From positions 186,001-250,000 of the IMG/VR virus record IMGVR_UViG_3300020810_001156: 64,000 nucleotides of DNA; one strand, given 5' to 3'. The notes below the pieces were generated by a model. It saw nothing but the letters and a program-made list of their open reading frames with translations. It ran no database searches and had not been told where the DNA came from. How positions within the stretch are numbered: position 1 is the stretch's first letter; every line of letters begins with the position of its first letter. Below, one piece after another: positions 27,915 to 36,944 of the stretch. Both the position numbers and the translations under genes were made by a program.

Positions 27915-29525
27915 ATGAGAACCTACAATGTAATACTCAAAAAAGGTGTAGATTATGAATCGTTTTGGGATGATATGGAAAATGAAAACGATGGGGGTAA
28001 TCTTTATATCCCTAATCGTAGAGTAGATTCTCCTAACCTTAGACCAGATTCACAAAGACAAACTTGGTACACTCTTTCGGATGAAGAAGCTGAAACTGTA
28101 AGAAATGATGAAAGAGTTCTTGCAGTTGAAATTCCACCCGAAGATAGGGATGATATCGTAATTGGACATCATGCAATCCAAGAGGGTGTATTTACCAAAA
28201 CAACTTCTGATAGTGGTAATTATCAAAATTGGGGATTAATAAGAACTTTATCTAAATCAAATAATTATGGTAGTTCAAATACCTCACCAACTACTGAATA
28301 TCCATATTCATTAACTGGTAAGGGGGTTGATGTTGTAATTCAAGATAGTGGTATTCAAATAGACCATCCAGAATGGGCAGATAGATTTGAATCGGTAGAT
28401 TGGGATACATGGGGTGCTTTTACACAATCATCAAATCACGATAGAGATTATGATGGACATGGTTCACATTGTGCTGGTATTGTAGCAGGTAAAACATTTG
28501 GGTATGCTAAAAAAGCAAAAGTATATCATCAAAAGATAAGTGGATTAGAAGGTAGTGGTGATAGTGGAACTGGTATTTCACCAACCTATGCATTTGATGC
28601 TATTAAAGGTTGGCATAATGCTAAATCAGTTGACCCAAATACTGGGTATGTTAGACCAACTGTGGTAAATATGAGTTGGGGTTATCTGAGAACATTTACA
28701 AATGCTCAAATATCAAACATAAATTATAGAGGTACTGATTATAGTGGTACTGATATTGATACTACAACTGAAAGAGAAAACAATTACGGATTGATGTATT
28801 CATTGTATTCAGTATCAGGTCCAACATATGCTAGTAATTTAAGAATAGCATCGGTTGATACTGATATTGAAGAGTTGTTAGAAGCGGGTGTTCATGTGTT
28901 TGTTGCTGCTGGAAATAGGAGTAATAAAGTAGATGAGAGTGGTGGTGCGGATTATGATAATAATTATACACACACATCATCGGGTACAACTTACTATCAC
29001 AGAGGTTCTTCTCCATATGGTGATGCAGGGCAAGATGGAACTGGACCAAGAGCAATCATAGTTGGTAATATGGATTCATCAGTACATGATACCACAACTG
29101 ATAGAAAAGCAACATCATCGGAAACTGGACCTGGTGTTGATATCTATGCACCTGGTACAAATGTTATGAGTGCAACTTCTAATACAAATAAGTGGGGAAG
29201 TGGTTCTCAAAATTATTATTTGAATTCATCATTTAAGCAAACTAATATATCTGGTACATCTATGGCATCTCCTCAAGTTGCAGGTGTTGCTGCATGTATT
29301 TTAGAATTATATCCACAATGGACACCATCTCAATTAAAACAATGGTTACTGGATAATGCAGGTTCTGCAATCTTAAATACTGGTACTGATAATGATTGGA
29401 CAAATGATAGAAGTTTGAAAGGTGGAGCAGAAAAAGTATTACATTTACCATTTACTTCATCAGAACCTGCAAAAATAAGTGGTTTCGATAATTTAACCTT
29501 TAACATAAAAATCAAAGAACAATAA
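27915..29525 (+). CDS. Subtilisin-like S8 serine protease
   Basis: Catalytic triad motifs QDSG, HGSHCAG and SGTSMASPQVAG; oxyanion motif AAGN. Confidence 0.93.
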   Translation: MRTYNVILKKGVDYESFWDDMENENDGGNLYIPNRRVDSPNLRPDSQRQTWYTLSDEEAETVRNDERVLAVEIPPEDRDDIVIGHHAIQEGVFTKTTSDSGNYQNWGLIRTLSKSNNYGSSNTSPTTEYPYSLTGKGVDVVIQDSGIQIDHPEWADRFESVDWDTWGAFTQSSNHDRDYDGHGSHCAGIVAGKTFGYAKKAKVYHQKISGLEGSGDSGTGISPTYAFDAIKGWHNAKSVDPNTGYVRPTVVNMSWGYLRTFTNAQISNINYRGTDYSGTDIDTTTERENNYGLMYSLYSVSGPTYASNLRIASVDTDIEELLEAGVHVFVAAGNRSNKVDESGGADYDNNYTHTSSGTTYYHRGSSPYGDAGQDGTGPRAIIVGNMDSSVHDTTTDRKATSSETGPGVDIYAPGTNVMSATSNTNKWGSGSQNYYLNSSFKQTNISGTSMASPQVAGVAACILELYPQWTPSQLKQWLLDNAGSAILNTGTDNDWTNDRSLKGGAEKVLHLPFTSSEPAKISGFDNLTFNIKIKEQ

Positions 29526-29547
29526 CAACTTTTTAGGTTTTTAATAT

Positions 29548-29555
29548 ATATTTAT
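29548..29555 (+). promoter_or_regulatory. Putative late-promoter motif ATATTTAT
   Basis: 7 nt before the ATG. Confidence 0.55.
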
Positions 29556-29562
29556 AGAGTAG

Positions 29563-32034
29563 ATGGGATGGAGTGAGAAATATAAGAAATCAATAGATTG
29601 TAACAACCCAAAAGGTTTCAGTCAAAAAGCCCATTGTGCTGGTAAAAAGAAAAACGAAGATATGGTATTTGAAGAAATAACCGAAGATATTCTAAATGAA
29701 AAGCTGATTACCTATGGTAATAGAAAACCATATGGTCAAGTAGTTTTTATGGCAGGTGGAGCTGGTAGTGGTAAAGGATTCGCTATCAAAAACTTTGTAG
29801 ATTCTGCATCTTTCAAAATTAGAGATGTGGATGAAATGAAGAAACAACTTCAAATTCTCAATAGATTAGGTAAATTAGATATTAGAAGTATCCTAAAAAA
29901 GTATGGTAGAAATATCAAACTTAAAGATTTAGATTTAATCAGAAAGATTGAAAAGGATGGGTACAAACTTCAAAACTTTAATCTTAAAAATCCAGACCAT
30001 GTAATGGCCCTTCACATTTTAGTAAAGGCAATGGGTATTAAAGATAATACTTTAGAAAAACTATTATTGGGTAAAAATAATCCTGAAACTCTTCCAAACA
30101 TTTTATTTGATATCACCGCAAAGGATGTAACCGATATCACTTCAGTTGTTCCAAAATTAAAAGAAGTTGGATACAAAGCAGATAATATTCACTTAACTTG
30201 GGTACTTACAAATTATGTAACTGCAATGGTTAATAATAAGAATAGAGCTAGAATGGTACCTGAGGATATCCTTTTAAAAACACATGAAGGTGCTGCAAAT
30301 ACTATTTGGGGATTAGTAACTAAAGCTCTTCCAAAAGGAATGAATGGTAGAGTTGATGTAATCCTTAATAACCCAGAACACACTGTATTCTATACTGATA
30401 CAGATGGTAAAACTATTAGTGGTGGTGTAAAGGGATTCCTCTCACTTCCACTTAAAAAAGAAAAGGGTGGTATCTTTCCAGAAAAAGTTTGGAAAGATAA
30501 GTTATTCAATTGGGTTAAAGATAATGCACCAGAATCAATCACATCAAATATGAAAGAATCAGTAAACGAAGGTAAGAAATCCAAAGATTCTACCGGTGTA
30601 AGAAAAGCAGAAGCTATTCATAATAATGCAGATACAATCATTGATTTGGTACTTAAAGATAAAAAAGATGTTAAAGAAGTAGTAAGTGTAATGGGGCCTG
30701 TATTGATTAATGCAATAAAAGCAACTTTAAAACATAAGTTCAAACCAATTACTGGTAATGAAGATGCATTAAAAAAGTTTCAATCTAAACTAAAAGATTT
30801 CCTTAAATTCACAGAAGCGTTAGTTAAAAAACCATCAAAGGTTGGTGTTAAAAGACTTGAAACTATGCACAGAGAATGGTGGAATTGGAACCATGGTGCA
30901 GATGTAGTATTAAATGGAAAAATAGGAAATACTATCATTGAATCAGTAAACGAAGGAAAATTCAAACCATCACAAGTTCGTTCAGCAATCTCAAAAGTTA
31001 AAAAAGGACTAATGAGAAAGTGGAAACAAAAAGGTGGATACGAAAACTTTGGACAAAAAGAACTATCTCAAATGAAAGATAAGTTTGATTACAATGCATA
31101 TGGAGATAAGGATGAAAGAGAAATTTCACATATGTTAGATGCATTTGATAATTGGGCAATGAACTACGATGGTAATATGAGAGAAGCAAGAAGGTCAGTA
31201 GTTCACAAAGCTGCAAAGAAAGGAAGTTTTCCAGTATCTTTAGTAGTGGTTAAAAATGGTAAAGTAATTGACCAAGAGTTAGTAAAAACTCCAGAAGCTG
31301 TACCTGCTGCATTTAATGTTATTCAATCAAAACACAAAGGAGCTACTGTTCATATTGAAGATAAAACAGGTAAAAGATTATTTTCAGAATCAATAGATGA
31401 GGGTATGTTCTCCCTTATAGACCAAATCAGAGATGAATCTAAGAATGTTAAAGATTTTATTAAGAATGTTCTTTCTGATAGAAACTTTAAGGATATGAAA
31501 AACGATAAACAATTTATCCAATACTTAGGTTCTATCTATGAATCGGTAAACGAAGCAATGGATATCAATGACCCTATCTTAGTAAGATTGAGAGCATCAG
31601 CGATTGAAAAAGCTGAAAAAGAAAAATTAGCAAAAATAAGAGCAGCCCAAATGAAGAAAAACCAAATGGCTGCTAAAAAACTCCAACAAGCAGAACTCAA
31701 AATCAAAGCACTCAAAAAGAAGAGAGCAGAGGTAATGAGAGATATGGAACAAGAAGCTGAAGCAGAAGGTGGACCAATCGCTGATAGATATGGTAACTTA
31801 TTAAATAAGATTGATAACGATATCATCAAATTGGGAGGTAATCCAATGAGTGAATCAATCGAAGAAAGAATCAATCTATTCGTAGAAGAAAACGTACCAA
31901 CTAAACCAGACAAATGGTCATATGCAGTTTCTCAAGCAAAAGAGAAATTTGATGTATATCCATCGGCATATGCAAATGCATGGGCTTCCAAGAAATATAA
32001 AGAACTTGGTGGTGGTTGGAGAAAGAAAAAGTAA
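29563..32034 (+). CDS. Modular head-internal polyprotein with a P-loop kinase domain (zeta-toxin/PNK-like)
   Basis: Walker A GGAGSGKG and R.R.VP lid; modules separated by ES(V/I)(N/D/E)E linkers. Confidence 0.65.
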   Translation: MGWSEKYKKSIDCNNPKGFSQKAHCAGKKKNEDMVFEEITEDILNEKLITYGNRKPYGQVVFMAGGAGSGKGFAIKNFVDSASFKIRDVDEMKKQLQILNRLGKLDIRSILKKYGRNIKLKDLDLIRKIEKDGYKLQNFNLKNPDHVMALHILVKAMGIKDNTLEKLLLGKNNPETLPNILFDITAKDVTDITSVVPKLKEVGYKADNIHLTWVLTNYVTAMVNNKNRARMVPEDILLKTHEGAANTIWGLVTKALPKGMNGRVDVILNNPEHTVFYTDTDGKTISGGVKGFLSLPLKKEKGGIFPEKVWKDKLFNWVKDNAPESITSNMKESVNEGKKSKDSTGVRKAEAIHNNADTIIDLVLKDKKDVKEVVSVMGPVLINAIKATLKHKFKPITGNEDALKKFQSKLKDFLKFTEALVKKPSKVGVKRLETMHREWWNWNHGADVVLNGKIGNTIIESVNEGKFKPSQVRSAISKVKKGLMRKWKQKGGYENFGQKELSQMKDKFDYNAYGDKDEREISHMLDAFDNWAMNYDGNMREARRSVVHKAAKKGSFPVSLVVVKNGKVIDQELVKTPEAVPAAFNVIQSKHKGATVHIEDKTGKRLFSESIDEGMFSLIDQIRDESKNVKDFIKNVLSDRNFKDMKNDKQFIQYLGSIYESVNEAMDINDPILVRLRASAIEKAEKEKLAKIRAAQMKKNQMAAKKLQQAELKIKALKKKRAEVMRDMEQEAEAEGGPIADRYGNLLNKIDNDIIKLGGNPMSESIEERINLFVEENVPTKPDKWSYAVSQAKEKFDVYPSAYANAWASKKYKELGGGWRKKK

Positions 32035-32066
32035 TTTGGAAAATCCAAATTAATTTCGTATATTTG
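32035..32066 (+). promoter_or_regulatory. Bacteroidota-type promoter with an inverted repeat
   Basis: TTTG-N20-TATATTTG; TAATTTGGA-aaa-TCCAAATTA. Confidence 0.8.
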
Positions 32067-32084
32067 AACAATTAAAATAAAGTT

Positions 32085-32570
32085 ATGGCAAAAGGTAACA
32101 TATACTGGTTTACAGGCCAACCGGCTCACGGAAAAACTGTACTCGGTAAGAAGTTAGTCGAACTCCTCCAAACCGAGAAAAGAAATTGGAGAAAAGATGT
32201 ATTCCATGTAGATGGTGATGACCTAAGAGCCCTCACTGTAAATAAAGATTATTCAGAACAAGGTAGAATTGATAACATTCGTAGAGCTCAGATGATTGCT
32301 GAGTATCTTTGTAATAACGAATGTGATGTGGTCGTATCATTAGTAGCACCTTATGAATGGTTAAGAGAAGAATTTAAAGAAAGAATCGGTTTAGATAATT
32401 TTCAAGAGTTCTATGTACATTGCGCTACTCCAAGAGAAAGAGACCACTTCCATGCAAAGGATTATGTAGCACCTCAAAAGAATTTTTTTGATGTTGATAC
32501 TACAAAAGACAATCCGAATCAATCATTCACAAAAATCGTAAATCATTTAAGAGAAACAAATAAGTTATAA
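32085..32570 (+). CDS. cysC: Adenylylsulfate (APS) kinase
   Basis: WFTG....GKT, DGDDLR, R..NIRR and SLVAPY...RE. Confidence 0.85.
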   Translation: MAKGNIYWFTGQPAHGKTVLGKKLVELLQTEKRNWRKDVFHVDGDDLRALTVNKDYSEQGRIDNIRRAQMIAEYLCNNECDVVVSLVAPYEWLREEFKERIGLDNFQEFYVHCATPRERDHFHAKDYVAPQKNFFDVDTTKDNPNQSFTKIVNHLRETNKL

Positions 32571-32968
32571 TGGCAAATTTTCAAGCAAAAGCAGACAAAG
32601 AGAGTTCCTCTACGGAAAAGAAATATTCAGTATTTTTCGGGAGATGGCAACCATTTCACAAAGGTCACTATTGGCTAATTAATGAAAGGTTGAAAGAAGG
32701 AAAAAATGTGTGGGTAGCAATCAGAGATGTAAAACCTGATGAGAAAAACCCTTGGACAGCACATGAAATAATGATGAACCTTTCAGAGGAATTAAAAGAC
32801 CTCATTGAAGAAGGTAAAATCTTTTTATCAATTGTTCCTGATATTGAATCAATCAATTATGGAAGAGGGGTAGGATACGATGTAATTGAACACGTACCAC
32901 CACAAGAAATAGGTGAAATCTCTGCAACTTCTATTAGAGAACAAATGAAAAAAGATGGTAAGTTATAA
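32570..32968 (+). CDS. HIGH-family nucleotidyltransferase (cytidyltransferase-like)
   Basis: GRWQPFHKGH and ISATSIRE. Confidence 0.85.
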   Translation: MANFQAKADKESSSTEKKYSVFFGRWQPFHKGHYWLINERLKEGKNVWVAIRDVKPDEKNPWTAHEIMMNLSEELKDLIEEGKIFLSIVPDIESINYGRGVGYDVIEHVPPQEIGEISATSIREQMKKDGKL

Positions 32969-33167
32969 GAGACACATTGCTAAAACTATAAGTTGGAGGA
33001 TTATTGGTACATTAGATACAATGATACTATCAGCTGTAATCACTGGAAGTTGGGAAATGGGATTAGCTATCGGAGGTGTAGAAGTATTCACAAAAATGAT
33101 ACTTTATTTCCTTCACGAAAGAGCTTGGTATAGATTTTCTAAGTTTGGTGTAGAAAAAAAGGATTAA
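32955..33167 (+). CDS. DUF2061 membrane protein
   Basis: RHIAKTISWRIIGTLDT...E...K..LYFLHERAW. Confidence 0.85.
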   Translation: MVSYKRHIAKTISWRIIGTLDTMILSAVITGSWEMGLAIGGVEVFTKMILYFLHERAWYRFSKFGVEKKD

Positions 33168-33170
33168 TCT

Positions 33171-33178
33171 ATATTTAT
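33171..33178 (+). promoter_or_regulatory. Putative late-promoter motif ATATTTAT
   Basis: Recurring intergenic motif. Confidence 0.5.
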
Positions 33179-33213
33179 ATACATAGAAACAAAAACATAA
33201 ATAGTATATAAAA

Positions 33214-33780
33214 ATGGAAGATGTTACAAATGGGGAATCATTATTTCCCCAATATGACCCAACCAAAGATTTATCACAAGCACCTAAACAAAGAACCAAA
33301 CGAGGTTTAGGAGCCAGACCACTTTTAGAATCTGAAATCAAAGAGATACAACAAAAGGCTCGTTCTGCGGCAGAAGCTGCAAGAATGTTGGGTGTATCCT
33401 ATAACACATATAAAAAATACGCTAAAGAATATGGTATCTTTGAGGATTTGAAAAATCCACATGGTATTGGTATTCGTAAGGGAACTAATCCTGGTACATT
33501 AGCACATTCTTTAGATGATATTTTAGAAGGAAAGTATCCAGATTATCCAGTTTGGAAACTTAAAAAGAGATTACTCAATAATGGGTATATGTTAGAGAAG
33601 TGTAACAACTGTGGATTCGAAGAAAGAAGGGTAACTGATTTCAGAGTTCCATTGGTGTTAGATTTCTTAGATGGGGATAGATGTAATCATAAACATGAGA
33701 ATCTTAGGATGTTATGTTTTAATTGTTCATTCCTTATAAATGGCAACCTTACAGGTCCAAAAAAAGAGTACGAATATTAA
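33214..33780 (+). CDS. HTH plus degenerate HNH zinc-finger protein
   Basis: SAAEAARMLGVSYNTYKKY (HTH); CNNC..LVLDFLDGD..N...ENLRMLCFNC. Confidence 0.7.
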   Translation: MEDVTNGESLFPQYDPTKDLSQAPKQRTKRGLGARPLLESEIKEIQQKARSAAEAARMLGVSYNTYKKYAKEYGIFEDLKNPHGIGIRKGTNPGTLAHSLDDILEGKYPDYPVWKLKKRLLNNGYMLEKCNNCGFEERRVTDFRVPLVLDFLDGDRCNHKHENLRMLCFNCSFLINGNLTGPKKEYEY

Positions 33781-33792
33781 TTTAATATTAAA

Positions 33793-33824
33793 TTTGGTTT
33801 TTTTGAATTTTTTTCGTATCTTTG
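33793..33824 (+). promoter_or_regulatory. Bacteroidota-type promoter
   Basis: TTTG-N20-TATCTTTG. Confidence 0.8.
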
Positions 33825-33856
33825 TTAAAATTAACAATATATAAAAATATAAACTT

Positions 33857-34066
33857 ATGAAATATTTTGAAGTTACAGTAGAAGTGGAAGTTGCAACACT
33901 TAAAAATGGCAACCCAAAACTAAGAAAAGAAATCTACTTGGTTGATGCTCAATCAGTAACCGAAGCAGAGGCAAGAGTTGTATCAGACTTTACCGATGCT
34001 GGAGTGAACATTGACTACAAAGTAAGTGGAGCAAAGGAGAGCAGAATTATAAGAGTTATTGAGTAA
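33857..34066 (+). CDS. DUF4494-like protein
   Basis: G..K..KE.YLVDA.S.TEAEAR signature. Confidence 0.8.
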   Translation: MKYFEVTVEVEVATLKNGNPKLRKEIYLVDAQSVTEAEARVVSDFTDAGVNIDYKVSGAKESRIIRVIE

Positions 34067-34332
34067 TGAGTAAAGAACCAGAAGTTATTACCGAAGAAGT
34101 AAAAGTAAAAGTTGCTAAAAGAGTTCCACCTGGTGATAGGTGGTCTCCTTTGGACAATACTTCTGTTGTTTTAGATTCATTGACAGATGTATTAGAGTAC
34201 ATTTATCAAAAAAATGGAAATACCCAATTCTATATGGATGCGAGAGAGGGCTTCACTTATGTGATTCAACAAGAAGAAAAAGTTATAGAGCCCGAACCAC
34301 AAAAAACGTATTCATTATATGGAGAGTATTAA
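34066..34332 (+). CDS. Hypothetical protein
   Basis: 88-aa ORF, translationally coupled. Confidence 0.6.
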   Translation: MSKEPEVITEEVKVKVAKRVPPGDRWSPLDNTSVVLDSLTDVLEYIYQKNGNTQFYMDAREGFTYVIQQEEKVIEPEPQKTYSLYGEY

Positions 34333-34468
34333 ACGGTATTTCCGAAACGCATTAATTGGATTAGCAAGCATGATTTTGGCATCAATGTCTGTTCATAACA
34401 ACCCAGAGTTACAAAACTTGGGTAAAAATGATGATGATAGTGACCAAGATTACCATATGTTTATCTAA
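34319..34468 (+). CDS. Small hypothetical protein (49 aa, not in the ORF track)
   Basis: MESIKRYFRNALIGLASMILAS...YHMFI fills the gap between genes. Confidence 0.4.
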   Translation: MESIKRYFRNALIGLASMILASMSVHNNPELQNLGKNDDDSDQDYHMFI

Positions 34469-34475
34469 CCTTTTA

Positions 34476-34483
34476 ATATTTAT
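34476..34483 (+). promoter_or_regulatory. Putative late-promoter motif ATATTTAT
   Basis: Recurring intergenic motif. Confidence 0.5.
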
Positions 34484-34504
34484 TAATAAATAAAAATCAA
34501 TTTT

Positions 34505-34936
34505 ATGGACACTATTTTAATTATTTTAGGACTCGTAGTAGTAGCTGCTGCAGTTTATTATTTCGGATTCTACAAACAAGGCAAAATCAATGACAGAGAT
34601 GGGGATTTTATTCCTGATGAAGTTGAAGATGCAGTAGAAGATGTTAAACAAACTGTAAAAACAGTTAAGAAAAGAGCTAAAAGAGTAGCAGAAGAAGCAA
34701 AAGATGTAGTGGAAGCTGTTAAAGAAGTTGTAGAACAATCAAAAGATGTTGTTGAAGCAGCTAAAGGTGGGGGTAGGAAAGGTAGAAAATCTAACAAAGT
34801 AACAAAATCTTCGTTAAGAGGAAAAACAAAAACAGAGTTAGTTTCTATTGCAAAATCAGAATTCGATGTAGAATTAGATTCTTCACTTACCAAAACAAAT
34901 CTTATCAATAAAGTTTACGCGTTATATAACAAGTAA
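34505..34936 (+). CDS. Membrane-anchored protein with a coiled coil and a C-terminal Rho-N/HeH-like domain
   Basis: N-terminal TM helix, DRDGDFIPDE, and L..KTKTELV.IA....LD..LTK..LI. Confidence 0.55.
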   Translation: MDTILIILGLVVVAAAVYYFGFYKQGKINDRDGDFIPDEVEDAVEDVKQTVKTVKKRAKRVAEEAKDVVEAVKEVVEQSKDVVEAAKGGGRKGRKSNKVTKSSLRGKTKTELVSIAKSEFDVELDSSLTKTNLINKVYALYNK

Positions 34937-34950
34937 TTTTATAGGTAAAG

Positions 34951-35262
34951 ATGGAAATGGAGTATTTTATCATATTTGGTTGTATATTAGTAGTAATAGC
35001 ATCACTAACATTTGTTATAATCAGATTAATGAGTTCACTTTCTGATTTGAAGTACGAACTCAAACTTGGTAAAATAAACTGCCAAAAAGATTTAGATAGA
35101 TTGGAGGACAAGATTAATAGGTTCTCCAATCAATCTTCTTCACAATCGCAATATTCAAAAGATATTGAAAAGTTAGATAAACTTATAAAATCTTTGAATA
35201 AAATGGTAGATGGGAAAATTGATGATATTCAATCTACTAAAAGGATTTTGGGAGATGAGTAG
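34951..35262 (+). CDS. Membrane-anchored hypothetical protein
   Basis: N-terminal TM helix plus coiled coil. Confidence 0.5.
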   Translation: MEMEYFIIFGCILVVIASLTFVIIRLMSSLSDLKYELKLGKINCQKDLDRLEDKINRFSNQSSSQSQYSKDIEKLDKLIKSLNKMVDGKIDDIQSTKRILGDE

Positions 35263-35431
35263 AATACCTTTATCAGAACTTATATTACTAATGTGTGTAG
35301 CGTTCTCTATTGGGTTCTCACTTTTCTTGTTTTTAATATTAGAAGAAAAAATGTTGGGATTGTTCATCGGAATGTGGGCACCAACGATTATGGGTTTAAT
35401 AAACTACATAAACATAAAATTTAAACGATAA
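35255..35431 (+). CDS. Small two-TM membrane protein
   Basis: GLFIGMWAPT motif. Start moved to the ATG at 35255. Confidence 0.55.
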   Translation: MSRIPLSELILLMCVAFSIGFSLFLFLILEEKMLGLFIGMWAPTIMGLINYINIKFKR

Positions 35432-35442
35432 CTTTAATTTTA

Positions 35443-36210
35443 ATGAAAAATGTTACAATTCTTTTGCAGGGTAAAATCTTGCAACCTACAATAGATTTCT
35501 ATGTTGAGAACTATCCAACCGCAAATGTGGTTATTTCTACTTGGATAGGTTCAGAATTGAATTTTTCAAATTTACCTGAAACTTACAAAGTGGTACTTAG
35601 TAAATTACCACCAAATTCCGGTTTCCAAAACATAAACTATCAACTTATATCTACGCTTACTGGTTTGAAGTTAGTAGATACTGATTATGTAATAAAAATA
35701 AGGGGAGATGAATATTTTTCAAATATGGAATATGTAGCTAATGAAGTTGCTATGAATCCAAAAAAAATACATTGTTCTCCGATATTTTTTAGACATTGGA
35801 GTTTCATACCATTTCATTTTTCAGACCATCTAATTGCATCAACTAAAGATAACCTTCAACTTATGTTTGAAAAAACTAAATTAAATGTTGATAACTTACT
35901 TATATGGTATGAAAAAGATGGTAAAAGGCAATCTTATTGGGAACCTGAAATTAATTTTACTCGTTCTTATTTAATGGCTAAAGAACCTGAAAGATGGGGT
36001 AATGTAGATGGTAGAAAATTAATGGTAGATAATTTTGAAATATTGAATATAAAAAAATTACATCCATATAAGATTGTAGCAAATATATTCAAAGCACAAT
36101 GGACAGATGGATTCATCCCAGAAAGAAATTTTAGTATATCTGATGTAAGACGATTATACTTAAACAAAGAACAAGCATATGATACTAATATCACACCGAG
36201 GCAACATTAA
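35443..36210 (+). CDS. WavE-like LPS/glycan synthesis protein
   Basis: ILLQG, VVISTW, NINYQ..ST..GL, K.R.D and FHFSD. Confidence 0.75.
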   Translation: MKNVTILLQGKILQPTIDFYVENYPTANVVISTWIGSELNFSNLPETYKVVLSKLPPNSGFQNINYQLISTLTGLKLVDTDYVIKIRGDEYFSNMEYVANEVAMNPKKIHCSPIFFRHWSFIPFHFSDHLIASTKDNLQLMFEKTKLNVDNLLIWYEKDGKRQSYWEPEINFTRSYLMAKEPERWGNVDGRKLMVDNFEILNIKKLHPYKIVANIFKAQWTDGFIPERNFSISDVRRLYLNKEQAYDTNITPRQH

Positions 36211-36634
36211 TCGTAAAAATATCGAAAAAGAAAATCATCCATCATATATCGATGAAGCTATTGAAGCTGGTTATGATGTTGAGATAGATATTTGGTATTT
36301 GGAGGGTAGGTTATTTTTAGGACATGATACTCCTGATTATTTAGTTGATATCAATTGGTTAGAAAATCGTTCTAATAAACTTTGGATTCATTGTAAGAAC
36401 ATGGATGCATTATCTTACTTCAATGAATATGAATGGAAGAAATCAATTCAATTCAATTACTTTTCACATGATGTAGATATGGGAGTTTTGACTTCACATA
36501 GCTATATTTGGTCAACCAATTTATATGATAGGGGTATTTTGGTTCTACCTGAGGTATTTAATAAAGAACCATTTAAAGGTACGATAGGAATTTGTTCAGA
36601 TGTAATAGAAAAGTATAAAGATGAAAGTAAATAA
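36179..36634 (+). CDS. PLC/GDPD-like phosphodiesterase-fold protein
   Basis: ISHRGN, EN, DVEID, LGHD, WIHCKN and GICSD. Confidence 0.75.
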   Translation: MILISHRGNINRKNIEKENHPSYIDEAIEAGYDVEIDIWYLEGRLFLGHDTPDYLVDINWLENRSNKLWIHCKNMDALSYFNEYEWKKSIQFNYFSHDVDMGVLTSHSYIWSTNLYDRGILVLPEVFNKEPFKGTIGICSDVIEKYKDESK

Positions 36635-36944
36635 ACTAAACGATATGTTCAGAGGATGGATAGTTGGAAACTTTGAACCATCACTTTGGAAAACTGATGA
36701 TGTTGAGGTTGCAGTAAAAACCTATAAAAAGGGTGATTACGAACAAAAACATTACCACAAAGTAGCAACTGAAATCACCATCATTTCAAAGGGTAGAGTT
36801 TTGATGAATAATGAACTTTACGAAGAAGGTGATATTATTACAATAGAGCCAGGAGAAGCAACTGATTTTAGAGTATTGGAAGATACTATAACAACTGTAA
36901 TTAAGTTTCCTTGTTTAACTGATGATAAATATTTAGTTAAGTGA
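36621..36944 (+). CDS. Cupin-domain protein
   Basis: GW..GNF.P, HYHK...E and GDII.IEPGE. Confidence 0.8.
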   Translation: MKVNKLNDMFRGWIVGNFEPSLWKTDDVEVAVKTYKKGDYEQKHYHKVATEITIISKGRVLMNNELYEEGDIITIEPGEATDFRVLEDTITTVIKFPCLTDDKYLVK

